DNA of 64,000 nucleotides from Octopus sinensis (Eukaryota): NCBI RefSeq assembly GCF_006345805.1, contig NC_043000.1:93744001-93808000 (forward strand), given 5' to 3'. Below, one piece after another: positions 1 to 13,953 of the stretch (position 1 is the stretch's first letter; the number at the start of each line of letters is the position of its first letter). Under the pieces are notes generated by a model. That model ran no database searches. It was not told the DNA's origin and saw only the letters and a program-made list of their open reading frames with translations. Made by a program: the position numbers and the translations under genes.

Positions 1-321
1 TGTCTCATCCTAAAATTATATTACCTAACCTAATATTGTAACCTACTTTGATAAATTATGGGTTGGATAATTAATTTGTTAGTTAGCTACTGAACCATCT
101 TAAGGCATAGGATTACTGGATGGTTATTTAAAAGCCTGATGGATCTAAGGTCCCAATTCTCATCTATGAATGCTGCATATAGGATCCAGGGCACTGATTT
201 GCTTGGGGTTTTTGTTACTGCTAAGACAGCCCCGGTTAGTTAATTATTTAGCTAGATAAATGTTATTGTATAAGGTATTTACTCAGGCTGATGTGAGATG
301 CAGCTTTCAAGAGAGGAGACT

Positions 322-531
322 AATATTGGTTTCACATTTTGGCACAGGTTCAACAATTTTGGTAGAGAGGGCAGGTTAATTACATTGACCCCAGTACTCA
401 ACTGGTACTTATTTTATCAACTCCAAAAGGATGAGAGGCAAAGTCAACTTCAGTAGAATTTAAACTCAGAATGTAAAACGCTGCTAAGCATTTTGGTCAG
501 TGCACCACCGATTCTGTCAGCTCGCCTCCTT
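322..531 (-). mobile_element. Family B tRNA-derived SINE (Meta/Sauria-like central domain)
   Basis: ccccagtactcaactggtacttattttatc...aaaggatgagaggcaaagtcaac...gaattt(g/a)aactcaga is shared with more than 15 copies in the window. Confidence 0.75.
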
Positions 532-1039
532 AGATGAGGCTAATATTATCAAATGACTACTCTTTAGTTGAATCGAAAGTTATTGTTAATAAATAGACAA
601 AAAATATCCATGTTCTGTATGTTTATGTATGCATGTTTGTGTGCATGTGTTTATATATTTATATATAAATATCTGTTAATTTCTACATTTAATTTTTTTG
701 TGCCAGTAAGGGTAGTACTTTTAATTGCTAATGCTTAGAATAATATTATAAATGTCATTATGCCCACAGTTGATGAAAATGATGGTCATTTCATAATTCT
801 ATACCCATTCTTAGAAACCTTAAGATCTGGGAAATCTGGGACCTATAAGAGAAGTCATCATCACCTCAACTATTTAACTTATTCTTTTATTTTCTATTAT
901 AATTGTTGTTTTTTTTCATCTTTTTGCATCCCGATGATCTTCACCATTACTGTTAACTCAAATAGAAATTACAGCAATTTCAAAATTATATATAAAAAAA
1001 AAGGGGGGAAGAAAAGCAGAACTGGACATGGTTACACAC

Positions 1040-1290
1040 ATTTTTTAATATATATTCACACCTTTATAAATATATATGTGTGTATGTATACGTATATGCA
1101 CTCACATACATATGTATATACTTATATATATCTACACACATATACGTATACATAGCAATGTACACTTACATATATATGTATATATATATATATTATATAT
1201 ATATATATATATATAATGTATATATACATATATATGTGTATGTATATATATATATTTACATATATATATGTGTATGTATATATGTATATG

Positions 1291-1326
<36 letters not shown>

Positions 1327-1960
1327 ATATATATATGTATATACATATAATTACCCATATATTTATATATACATACACATACGTACACATGCACACATGC
1401 ATTATTACTCTTCTGAGACCTCCAGAATTAAATTCAAAATAAAAAAAATAAGATGCAAAGTAAATAAAAAAAATAAACAATATAGCATATAAAAAAGCAA
1501 AAAAATTCTATCTTCGCTCCTCTCAGGTGACATTCTTCTCCGTTCTTTTGCAGAGTATCGATTGGCCTCAGGCAAGCTTTCGTTTTTAATTTTTTTTCTT
1601 TTTTCATTCTTTCTTTCGATTCTCTTCATTTCTTCATTTCTCTATTTATTTATATATTTATTTATTTCATTTATATATCTTCATTCCTGCAACAACAACG
1701 ACAACACTATTTTATTCCTTTTTAAGAATACAAAAAAAAAAAAAGAAATTAAAATTAATAATAAAAAAATAAATTGCATTCTCCTTTCACCTTTATTTAT
1801 TTGATTAATTTCTTTTATTTTTTTTAAGTAACGAAGCTTTTTCTTATTTTTTTATTTTACTTTTCACTCACCTTATTTTCTTTCTCTTCCTCTTTCTCTG
1901 TATATATATATATATATATATGTATGTATTTATATATATATGTATGTATATATATATATG

Positions 1961-1992
<32 letters not shown>

Positions 1993-2757
1993 TGTATGTA
2001 TATATATATGTATATATATATGTATGTATATATATATATAAGTGCATATATACATACATATGTATATGTATATATCATCTTTATCTTTCTGTTCATCTCT
2101 TTTTATATTCACGTATATATATATATTTATATATACATATATATATAAGTATGCACATATATATAAATATGTATGCATATATATATATTCATATATGCAT
2201 ATATATATACATATATGCACATATCTACATATGTATGTCTATTTTTGGGGTCATTTGGCTGTGATCCCTCATTCTCTATATTACCAAAGTTTCTTAAATG
2301 CATGGTGCCTGTGGAATGGTGATTTTATTCAGTTTAATGTATTTATTTACTTATTTATATATATTTTCTCAAATATTCTTTTCCAATTCAGTCTTTTTTT
2401 TTTCCAATTTCTATTTCCTATTTCTATCAATATTCAGCTTTTTACATATTTGAACTTTTTTTTTTATCAGTTCACTTTGATATTCAACTTTGTGTGTATG
2501 CGTTTTCATTATTTGAAGGTTGTATATGCGCGTGTTTGCATACATTTGTATGTATGTATGTATTTGTGTGTGTATATATATATATATATGTGTGTATGTG
2601 TGTGTGTGTGTGTGTGTATGTGTGTGAATGTATGTGTATACATACACATATATTTCTAGACCTCTGTGTGTGTGTATATATATATAATATATATATATAT
2701 GTATGTATGTATATATGTATGTATGTATATATGTATGTATGTATATATGTATGTATG

Positions 2758-2790
<33 letters not shown>

Positions 2791-2970
2791 GTATGTGTAT
2801 GTATATATATATAATGTATATATATATGTATATATATGTGTATATATATATATATATACACACACATACATATATATGTACACACACACACTCACACATA
2901 CATATGCATGTACATAAATATAATATTTACATACATATCTGTGAATATATGAAGATATATGTAATATGAT
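1040..2970. repeat. Degenerate (TA)/(TG)/(CA)/(TACA) microsatellite fields; the ORFs here are artefacts
   Basis: Seen directly. Comparable fields lie at about 13270-13930, 25550-26700, 37560-39890, 49130-49460 and 56400-57340. Confidence 0.95.
1554..1571 (+). CDS. Candidate 18-nt microexon (SIDWPQ) with a GC donor
   Basis: Acceptor ttcttctccgttcttttgcag, donor CAG|gcaagc, followed by a long U-rich tract. An alternative acceptor at 1526 gives a 45-nt exon, also a multiple of 3. Confidence 0.25.
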
Positions 2971-3434
2971 ATAGTCTGTTAATTATAATACATCATAACT
3001 TTGTTACATACTACCCTAATGCTAAGAAATCACTACAAGTTATTGTAAAAATATCAAACTGATAATACAGTATCCACAGTATCACAGATTATGTCACAGA
3101 TAATCTAGTGGTAATCTGATATTTGTTCTCTAATAATTATATGTTATGTGTTCCTGTACGTGTATAATACATATATATGCCTCCTCATAATCATTTATAA
3201 AATATCTTACATTACAGTTTTGTTTATATGTTGGTTATGCACTTCCCTGTTTTTATATATATATTCTGTCTATTCCTAAATAGTCACTCTGTTTTGGATT
3301 TTATATTATATAATTATCTGCATTTTCCATATTATTCATAATATTTCTACACATAATTTATTATCTTGTCGTAAGAAATTAATTAGATTCATTTCATAAG
3401 TAGACATTTACTATTGCTCTCTCTCTCTCTCTCT

Positions 3435-3477
<43 letters not shown>

Positions 3478-3819
3478 CACACACACATGCATAGGAAGGA
3501 CCTACATATAACAATTTTTCAATAATTAACCAAATTCAGAAGAGTTAAGAGGTAAAAAAATATTTATTCCATATAGTTACTGCTGTTTTGTAATACATAT
3601 TCAGTTACCTCATTGACACTAAGCACTCTACACACACACACAGGTATACATATAGATGTACACATATAGCAGTACAGTAACATAATGAATAAGATTATTG
3701 CATGGACTTTAAATACACACACACACTCACATATAGTTAATAAAAAAACATATCAGAAAGAAGCGCACTTTATAAAATAGAGCAGTAATTATTACAACAA
3801 AATTTTATATATAGCTACC

Positions 3820-3960
3820 CAAGGTTTCACACCCACAAAGCTAAAGTGTTGTGCACAGCTCATTAGCCTCTATATGCATCTGAGTCTGACGAGTTGGCTA
3901 CAAGACTTTATCTGTGTGGGTGAAAATCCTTCAGTAACACTATATGAAATTTTTTTGTGA
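3820..3960. mobile_element. Head-to-head inverted pair of degenerate PLE pLTR/hammerhead fragments (related to the 30672 family)
   Basis: Left arm on the - strand: ctaatga...ttgtgggtgtGAAAccttgggta. Right arm on the + strand: CTGACGA...tgtgtgggtGAAAatcc. Shares ggtttcaca(c/t)ccacaaag with 30685-30702. Confidence 0.55.
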
Positions 3961-4596
3961 TATATTTCTATATATAGATATATACACACACAAACAAACG
4001 TTTTTGTTCATTCATTTAGTATCATTTGTATATGTTAGGCAGAAAGTAGTTTGAAGTGGAATTTTCCAGGAAGATGCTCTTCATGTTGCCAACCCTTACT
4101 TAGCTTTCAGATAAAGGTTTATTTATTACTGTGATTTTTAAAAGCACTCAACAACCTTCACATCAACAAAGATTAGTAGCATCCTCACAGTTTCACTCAA
4201 GCAGTGACATGCCTGGAATATCATCATAACACACACAAACACACACATCCATCAATCCACCTGTCTTCTCTGCCCACTATTCCTAAAGGATTTTTTGGGG
4301 TCGATAGATTCCATTTACAGTTGGAAAATCTGTGAGCATAATCAAACAGATTTGGTTAAATTCTTTATTATAAAATAGCTTATATAATATTTACATGTGT
4401 TTCACAAGCATATACTAGTATGTTGTGCAATTATTATTACATAAATGATTGCATAATTAACTTGAAGTGCCAGATCCTCAGAAAAGAATTGTAATTTAAT
4501 CCATTGTTACTTAGCAACATCTGCTCATATAGAGAGCTTAATGAGATCTAGTAGCATGCATACATGCATGTATGTATACACATATATGTATGTAGG

Positions 4597-4629
<33 letters not shown>

Positions 4630-5422
4630 GAAATTGTTGTTGCCTAGCTCCAGGTCAAATAATGATTGGAAGAAAATGCCAAAATGCTTGCAAATATGAC
4701 ATCTATTCTTATTAGGGGAATTTTCCAATGTGTCCATCCTTGTTCAAAACAAGAAAGGTCTGGCTGCTATTTCTAGCTGAAGAACAGTAGGTTAGAGCAA
4801 ATACACCACTACTTAGTTGATTCATCTTTACAGAAAAATTTGCATGTGTTTGTATGTAATGGAGAGACAGATAGACAGAGACAGAGAGAGCAGGGGGCCA
4901 ATGGTGGAGAAAGGCATAGAGTAAGTGAAGGAAGGAAAGAAGGAAAAGAGAAGGAATTATGTTCTTTTATTATTATATTTTCTAATATAAAAATGCCATT
5001 AATACTTTGTATGTAAAATTGTCAGTAACCTCTTGGATTTCAATTAATATTTCTATGAAAACATTGTCTTGTCTGCCAAATACCTTTAGGTGTTGGGGAA
5101 GAAATGAAGAATTCACCCATAAGCAATATTTTATTTTGGTGGGATGGTTGTGGGGTTGTAGGGAAAATCTTTGATAAATTGATAATCTCTTAAGACATAA
5201 TTAATAGATTAGCGTTGGGGATGCTTTAGAAAATACATACATTCACTCACACATATAACTGTGTGTACATACACACATACATACATACATACATACATAC
5301 ATGTGTATGTATTATATATATATATATATATAATCACACACACGTGTGTATATTGCATCATTGCAAAAGAAACAGAAGATAAACAATCATAAAATTTTAT
5401 CAAATTTTTCAATGTGTGTGCT

Positions 5423-5465
<43 letters not shown>

Positions 5466-5614
5466 ATACATAGATACACACTTGTGTATATAAACTAAAT
5501 ACAGGTGTTTATTTATTTTATATATTTGCTGCAAGCTGAATTTTCACTCTACTGTTACTCTGAATATGGTAATGCTTTTGAGTAACAATGGAATGAAGTT
5601 TCCAACCCCTGGGT

Positions 5615-5775
5615 ATATATATAGTCTGATGATGGCTTAACTGACTGAAACTTCGAAGTCACTATCAATAACTGTTCTTGTTAAAGAATAATAAATTTGT
5701 ACTCTACCTTATGTATTGAGTAATCCTTCAGTTTAATGTAAAACTGTTTTGGTTATAATAAAAACAAACATGTAA
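5615..5775 (+). mobile_element. PLE pLTR fragment carrying the 5621 hammerhead
   Basis: The tail aagaataataaatttgtactctaccttatgtattgagt...aatgtaaaa recurs at about 12128-12195 and 56905-56965. Confidence 0.7.
5621..5665 (+). ncRNA. Minimal type I hammerhead ribozyme (PLE type), core intact
   Basis: atagt-CTGATGA-tggcttaactgact-GAAA-CTTCGAAG-TC-actat. Stem I atagt/actat is perfect, stem III is a palindrome, the cleavage triplet is GUC, and stem II is imperfect. Confidence 0.75.
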
Positions 5776-5799
5776 GCGCACTTTTTTTTGCTTAATAGT

Positions 5800-6190
5800 T
5801 AATCCAGTGTTGGTTCCAGTAGTAACTCCTGTGTCACAAACTATAGTGGTGATGTTACCATTATAAGTTAATATGGCCTTCGGCATTCCAGCTACTGTAG
5901 GATGCTTTTCCTTGCCCATAACTTTCAGAGCAATGGCTCATGATCTGAACTGTTCAGGAGTGGTGCAAGAGGACACCCTTAAGAAACCAAGTATGTGATT
6001 TTAAATGGTTCTGATAGGTGATCATTTTTAGTTTGAACTCCATGCAAATGCTATATTTCAATGTAGCAATCCTGCTTCTCAAGAAACTAGACTAAAACTG
6101 ACTGCCATGAGGTTCACCACTAAGTGGTCGGGGTCAAATGTAGTGAAGTTCTTTGGATTGATCAAAATGGATGAGAGCCTTAATGATGCC
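5800..6190 (-). pseudogene. Decayed non-LTR retrotransposon RT fragment, L1/Tx1-like
   Basis: The - strand gives LSEPFKITYLVS*GCPLAPLLN...EPLL (cf. LSxPFxIxRGVRQGCPLSPLL...EPLL), TYNGNITTIV (cf. AYADDIT) and LINPKNFTTFDPDHL (cf. LDQSKAFDRVDH), with stops and frameshifts. Confidence 0.6.
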
Positions 6191-6209
6191 AGTAAAATTT
6201 CTTTTATAA

Positions 6210-7120
6210 TGATGATTTCAAATTTTTGCACAGTGCCAATAATTTTTGAAGGGGGGTTTGAAGTTGATTTCATGGACACCAGTACTTGGCTGGTACTTAT
6301 TTCATTGACAACAAAATGATGAAAAGCAGAGTTGACCTCAGTGGAATTTGAACTCAGAGTGTATCAACTGGTGAAATGTCAATTAAGCATTTTGTCTGGT
6401 GTGCTAATGATTCTGCTAGCTCCAGTGCCTCAATAATAATGATAGTAATAATAATAAGATGTTGAGCTGGTAGAAACGTTAGCATGCCAGACGAAATTTC
6501 TTAGCAGTATTTTGTCTGTCTTTACATTCTGAGTCCAAATTCTGCCAAGATCGACTTTGCTTTCATCCTTTTGGGGTCAATAAATTAAGTACTAGTTGTG
6601 TACTGGGGTCAATCTAATTGACTCGCCCCACTCCCCAAAACTTTTGTGCTTTGTGCCTAGAATAGAAAAGAACAATGATAATAATGGCTTCAAATTTTTC
6701 CACAAGGGCAGCAATTGGGGAGAGGGGATGAACTGATTACACTGACCCCAGTGTTCAACTGGTACTTATTTTATTGACCCCAAAAGGATTAAAGGCAAAA
6801 TCAATCTTGGTGGAATTTGAACTCAGTGCATAAAAAGCTAGAAGAAATAGCACTAAGCATTTTGGTGATGTGCTAAAGATTTTGCCAGCTTGGCACTTTA
6901 ATAATAATAATGATTTCAAATTTTTACCTCAAGGGCAGCTTGGGGGTGAGGATAAACTCAATTGCATCGGCCCCAGTGTTTCACTGGTACTTAATTTATC
7001 GACCCCGAAAGGATAAAAAAAGGCAAAGTCAACCTCGGCAGAATTTGAACTCAGAACATAGCAACAGACGTAATATGTATTTCGCTCAGTGTGCTATCGA
7101 TTCTGCCAGCTCACTGCACA
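6210..7120. mobile_element. Cluster of four family B SINEs separated by (AAT)n
   Basis: Copies at about 6210-6430(-), 6456-6680(+), 6680-6898(-) and 6900-7120(-). The - strand head reads ggcgagctggcagaatcg..agcac...ttcaaattc. Confidence 0.8.
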
Positions 7121-7187
7121 GCTTTAATAATAATAATGATAACAATAATATTAATAATAATAATAATAAAGCAATAAACATCACATT

Positions 7188-7480
7188 TTTCAAGCCTAGC
7201 CAGGCTCATGGGCCTAGTTTCCCGGTTTCTGTGGCGTATGTGTTCGCCCCAGCTGGACGGGATGCCAGTCCATCGCAGCATTACTCAAGAAACAGGAAGA
7301 AAGAGTGAGAGAAAGTTGTGGTGAAAGAGTACAACAGGGGTCACCACCACCCCCTGCCGGAGTCTCGTGGAGCTTTTAGGTGTTTTCGCTCAATAAACAC
7401 ATACAACGCCCAGTCTGGGAATCGAAACCGTGATCCTCTGACCGCAAGTCCGCTGCCCTAACCACTGGGCCATTGCGCCT
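7188..7480 (-). mobile_element. Family D tRNA-derived SINE, full-length
   Basis: - strand head aggcgcaatggcccagtggttagggcagcggacttgcggtcagaggatcacggtttcgattccc (A and B boxes) and body gatggactggcatcccgtccag. Related copies at about 10100-10346(-), 40458-40705(+) and 55490-55630(-). Confidence 0.8.
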
Positions 7481-8790
7481 CCACAATAATAATAATGGTA
7501 ACTAATTTTGGCACAAGGCCAGCAAGTTTAGGGGTTGGGATTATTCAATACTAGACTGACCGCAGTATTTACTAAACTGATACTTTATTTTAATAACCCT
7601 GAAAGGATGAAAGGCAGAGTTGACCTTGACAGTATCTTGATAACGATGATGATGATGATGACAACAGCAATGAGAATAACAGCATTATGTGCAAACAGAA
7701 GAGCAAATAGCGAGTGACCGGCATAACAACATTAAACAATGTACACACACTCTCAAATATCTTTGTCCCACCTCCTCACCAAAAGGAAACTTGAGAATGA
7801 CTTATTGCTGTTTATAATCAGACAAGAGATAGTTGTAAAATATCTTGAGGTTTTAGTGTCAAAATCAGTAAAACTCCGACACTAGCGTTGCGTTTCTGTG
7901 ACTTTTTCTTGGCATCGGAACAAAGTCATAATATTAGTTTCGACTCTAGACTCGTTGTTGTCGTTATTTGGGAATAATTTTGTTAGTTTGTAGTTGTTTG
8001 TTTGTTTGTTTTTTTGTTTTATTTATTTATTTTTTTTCCTTTGTTTGTTTTTTTTTGCTTTTCATCATCTTCCTCTTTGTCTTCCTCTTTTGGTGATTTT
8101 TTCTTTTCTTCCTATAATTTCATATGGAAAAAAATCATCTCGCAGGACATTACTACGTAGTATAGCTTATGAATCGTGTGTGTGTGTGTGTATTTCTATG
8201 TATGCGTATTATATATAAATATGTGTGTGTGTGTATATAAGAGAGCAAAAGTGTACGTACCCCGCTATCAGCCGAAATTGCGAGGATGATCTGGTTCTTG
8301 ACTGAAGATTAAAGGCTTCGACTGACCCGTCCATGTTTTTTGTATCGTTTATTTGGATGTTTTGTGTTCTTGTCCCAATTGTATTTTTATATATATATAT
8401 ATAATATATATATATAGATAGATAGATAGATAGCTGTAGAAACTCTGCCAGATCAGATTGGAGTCTGGTGCAGCCATCTGGTTCGCCAGAGCTTAGTCAA
8501 ATCGTCCAACCCATGCTAGCATGGAAAGCAGACGTTAAACGATGAGGATGATGATGAGGAGGAGGAGGAGGATGATGATACAGAGACATAGAGCAATAAG
8601 AAAATGGAGGGGATCAATAGGTGGTTCATCAACTTTTAGACATTATATTATGTCAACTTATTTATTTATTTACTAAAATGACAATTACAAGAATATACAT
8701 ACATGTATAACATATTATGCTTTACATATAAAATATATTAATATATAATGATACCAGTAATTATTAAAATATAACATACAGGAATATATC

Positions 8791-8876
<86 letters not shown>

Positions 8877-8929
8877 GATATAGGAGGACTTACCTCAATC
8901 CTTTCTCTATTGATAATAATAACAATAAT

Positions 8930-9150
8930 AATCTTTCCTACTAAAGGCAGAAGGCTTGAAATTTCTGTGGGAGAGGACTAGTTAACTACATCAACCCCAG
9001 TGTTTCATTTGTACTTAATTTATCGATCCCGAAAGGATGAAAGCTGAAGTCAAATACCGGTGGATTTTGAACTCAGAATGTAAAAACAGGCAAAATACTG
9101 CCAAACATTTCACCCAGCATGCTAACAATTCTGCCAGTTCACCACCTTAA
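8930..9150 (-). mobile_element. Family B SINE
   Basis: Matches the family B pattern, with (AAT)n on both sides. Confidence 0.8.
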
Positions 9151-11052
9151 TAATAATAATTATAATAATGATAATTTTTTTATCCTTAAATATATGCTCT
9201 GTTTCTATTCTGAAGTGATGTTTATTGGTAAGATAACTTGACCTTGTTTTGCAAACATTGTTGGTTGCTTTCGAGTTTGAGGTTTCATTTTGCTGTCTGG
9301 AGCCATTGTTGAGTGCTCAGTTCCCATTCCACTTTAGGCACGCTCTTTTACAGCTTCCCACCTCCTTCTCCTGATTAGTGCCACCTCCTACCATCACCTT
9401 GTCTGCTAATAGCTAAAAATAAAAAAAAAAAAAATAAAGAGACCAAAATGGCGACATATAGCTACTACTACTCATAGCAAACATTTTCTCCACCCACAAG
9501 TGCCCTCAACGTGGCACTGATGTTTTCTTTTTTACCTTTTGTTGTTGTTTTATATATTTATTTTTATATTTTGTATCATCATCCACCTACACCTTACCCT
9601 TCTCCTCTTCCTCTTCCTCATCAACATCATCACTACTAAAATCTACTACTTTCGACATCATCCCCACTCACACTCAAACTGCATTTTATAACAAATATTA
9701 TTAAAAGTGCTGACCTACGGTACTTAGAACATTTTGCTGAAATTCATTAATGAAACTCCCCACCTCCATACACACATACATACACTCACACAATCATTTT
9801 TGTTTTAGGCATAATTTTTCATGCTTGCATGTGTCAGATGGAATTCACTGAAGCAGATTTTGCTACAGGTAGCTGTCAACTCTCAACTGTTTCCAAGCAG
9901 GGTAAAATTTTTTCCGTAGCTAGACATGTTTTATCGATAGAAGACTAGAAACAAACAACATCACTTATGTAACAGTGACACTCATTTACAACAATCATGT
10001 CATGTTTAGACAAAGGCACACATAAACACATACATGTACGTGTACATAATAAAACACACATACAAACACACACACACATATATACAATGGTAAAGAAGTA
10101 AAGTGCTTTTCAAGTCATACTGACTCATAAGGACTGGTTTCCCAGTTTCATGGCATATTAATTCCCTACCTGGATGGGACGCTGGTCCGTCACAAGTTTG
10201 CTCATTTTTTGCCGGCTGAGTGGACTGGAGCAAAATGAAATAAAGTGTTTTGGCACAAGAACACAATGCGCGGCCTGGTCCTGGAATCGAAACTACAATC
10301 TTCCGATCATTAGTCCAACACCCTAATCGCTAAGCCATGCATCTCCAGTTTCCTTCGACTAAATCCACTTACAAGGCTTTGGTGAGCCCTGAGCTGTAGT
10401 AGAAGACATTTGTCCAAGGGGCTGTACATTAGGACTGAATTTGAACCCCAGCTCCATGGTTGCAAAGAAAGAATCTTAGCCTCAAAGTTGCAAATGCAAA
10501 CATCCGAATGCACTCATATACATGCATGTTGATACAAACATAATGGACTGTTCCGTTAAAGATGACATATGAGTATCCAGTGTTTCCTGAAAGACCTGCA
10601 CAAAGGATTTGTTTATAGTGAACAAAAGTATGTACTCACTCTCTCCATGTGAATGATTTTGCCTCACATATCCAATATTGAAATGATCGCAGAGCAACAT
10701 GAAATGAAGTGTTTTGCTCAAGAACACAATGCATGATCTTTCAATCATGAGTGCAACTCCCAAATTACTTGGCCACATGCATTTACATGCTTAAATACAT
10801 ATACATACATATAGAAGTACATGCATATATTTACATACATATATATATATATGCAAATATACATACAAGACTACCCAGTTAATACTGTCAAAATTGCAAT
10901 GATAATTACCTTTTTTGGGATCAGAAACCAGCTCCTGCTCTTTATAAGTAATTTCAAGAATAAAACTAGGACATAGATAAATTCATACATGCAAATGATA
11001 GGTTAAGTGTTAATGACAAGATAATACAACTCAAAACATGAGTGTTTGTGTA

Positions 11053-11083
<31 letters not shown>

Positions 11084-11238
11084 TTGAAGTGTACAGTATT
11101 ATATATCCATTACGGCTGATATTACCATTTGGTTTTGCACTAGGAGTTCAACAGAGTGTTAGGTAGCAATCTGATTATGTAACCCTGCACTCTTCAGAGG
11201 TAGCCATTATGGAATGAAACATGTATATATTTGTATAT

Positions 11239-11287
<49 letters not shown>

Positions 11288-12029
11288 CATACATACATAT
11301 ATATGTTTTTTATTAATAATTGGAAAAAGTTACAAAATGGTTCAAGGGCTGAGAATTTCATCTAGCCATTTATTGATCTATACCAGTGATGATGAAATTT
11401 CCCTGGATTGTTCTGGAACAAATTATAAAAACAATTACAATGTCACATGGACAATGCATATGCTTTAAGTGATTTTGCTTGTGACACCAATAAATAAAGA
11501 AAGAAGGAAAGAAGGAAAGAAAGAAAGAAAGAAAGAAGAAAGAAAGGAAGAAACAAACAAACAAACAAAGAAAAAAATTTTAAATTATGTTGGCAGACTT
11601 ACACACTCATAAATGAAGGTACTGGGGAATGTAGATACGATAAATATTTGTGCTATTCAAACACAATTTGTAAGCCAGACAGTGAAAATATACAAGCATT
11701 TTCTGAAGTTTAGCATGTGACTGTTTCACAATTGCTATTTGTTTAAATTCCAAGGCTAGAGTGGTGTTTGTTGTTGTTGTTTTGCAGTGAAAAGGATTTG
11801 ATGTTATAACTTTTCAGATAAATTTAAACAACAAACAAAACTATGTTCAAATGGAAGCAAAATGAAGTTTGTGTGTATGTATGTACGTATGTATGTACGT
11901 ACGTATGTACTTATGTACGTATGTATGTACGTACGTGTGTGTATGTGTGTGCATGCATATATATGTTATGTCTCTCTCTCTCTATATATATATATATTCA
12001 TTATACTTTAACGAGAATAGCAATCATTG

Positions 12030-12225
12030 TCACATTAAAGTTTTGGCCAGCTAAGCAATCATCAGGCTGTCCAATGATGGCTTAGCTGACTAAAGCTTCG
12101 AAGTCACTGTTGACAGTATTCTTGATAAAGAATAATAAATTTATTTGTACTCTACCTTATGTATTGAGTGTTTCTTCAATCTAATGTAAAACCATTTTTC
12201 TTATAACATGAAAACAAACATTAAA
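12030..12225. mobile_element. PLE pLTR fragment (5621 family) with a short inverted arm; both hammerheads damaged
   Basis: The + copy reads ccaatga-tggcttagctgact-aaag-CTTCGAAG-TC-actgt. The inverted arm at 12034-12068 reads CTGATGA-ttgcttagctggcc-aaaac on the - strand. Confidence 0.7.
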
Positions 12226-12226
12226 C

Positions 12227-12290
<64 letters not shown>

Positions 12291-12297
12291 GTACACA

Positions 12298-12369
<72 letters not shown>

Positions 12370-12880
12370 GTATATGTACACCACACACACCACACACACA
12401 CACAGTATATATATATATATACATACATACATATATATACGCCAGTACCCCTTGACTGGTTCCCATCCCCATGGCACATAAAAGGCGCCATCCGAACGTT
12501 GTCGATGCCAGTGCCCCCTGAATGGCTCTTGTGCCAGTGGTATGTAAAAAGCGGCCACTACATACACTCTCGGAGTTGTTGGCATTAGGAAGGGCACCCA
12601 CTGTAGAAACCTTGCCAGTTCAGATTGGAGCCCTGTACAGCCAACTGGCTTGTCACACCTCAGTCAAACCTTCCAACCCATGCCAGCATGGAAAGCAGAA
12701 GTTAAATGATGATACATGTATACTGGAGCCTGATACACTCCTCTAGCTTGTTGGATCCTGTCAAACCATCCCACCCATGACAGCATCGAAGACTGACATT
12801 AAACAATGATGATTATGAAGCACACACACACATACCTTGATGATACAGTCTGTCATAAACCATTTCTCAACATATTTGTC

Positions 12881-12932
<52 letters not shown>

Positions 12933-13273
12933 ATTATGAAATCATATGATCTGCAGTTGAATCTGTTTTTAAAAGGCTCGCTTTGAGAGTTGTATTCCCT
13001 TGCGTTTAGTACAATGTGTTTATTATTGTAGTTTTGACTTTAAGAGTCCCTCCTAGCATGAGGCATTTATGTATAGTAATGCCCTTAATATAAATAAATA
13101 TATTTAAAGGGAAGAATTAATAAAGTGTTTCCCTTATGAGGTTTTTCATGCTAACTACTTGATAATTTCTTATCAAGATTTTATCCTGTTTTCAAATTGT
13201 AATATATATATCTATATATATATATATATACCAAAACTGGGAGGAAGGGAAGTGGGACGAAACGACGAATCGA

Positions 13274-13314
<41 letters not shown>

Positions 13315-13484
13315 TATTATATACATATATACATATACATATATACATATACATATATACATATATTATAATACATATATAATATATATATATATATATA
13401 TATAATATATATAGATATGATATATATATTATACCAATATATACATATACATATATATATATAATACATATATATCATATATAT

Positions 13485-13529
<45 letters not shown>

Positions 13530-13538
13530 TACATATAC

Positions 13539-13571
<33 letters not shown>

Positions 13572-13914
13572 ATATATATACATATATATATATCATATAT
13601 TACATATATATATATATACATATACTCATATATATATATAATACATTATATATATATTATATATACATATATATTACATATATATATATATATTATACAT
13701 ATATATTATATACATATATATATATATATACATATATATATACATAATATATATATATACATATATATATACATATATATATATATATACATATATATAT
13801 ACATATATATATATACATATATATATATATACATATTCTATACAATATTATATATAATCTTATATATAATTATATATATATATATAATATATATATATTA
13901 TATAATATATTCTA

Positions 13915-13953
<39 letters not shown>

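Noticed and set aside
760-2969. Many long ORFs rich in Y/I/H/T/V/C (also throughout the window)
   Set aside because: They are translations of (TA)n, (CA)n, (TG)n and (ATCT)n microsatellites, which lack stops in several frames.
7410-7480. tRNA-like sequences (here and at the heads of other SINEs, and about 23065-23130)
   Set aside because: They are SINE heads continuing into shared repeat bodies, with no intact cloverleaf. No true tRNA, rRNA or CRISPR array was found.
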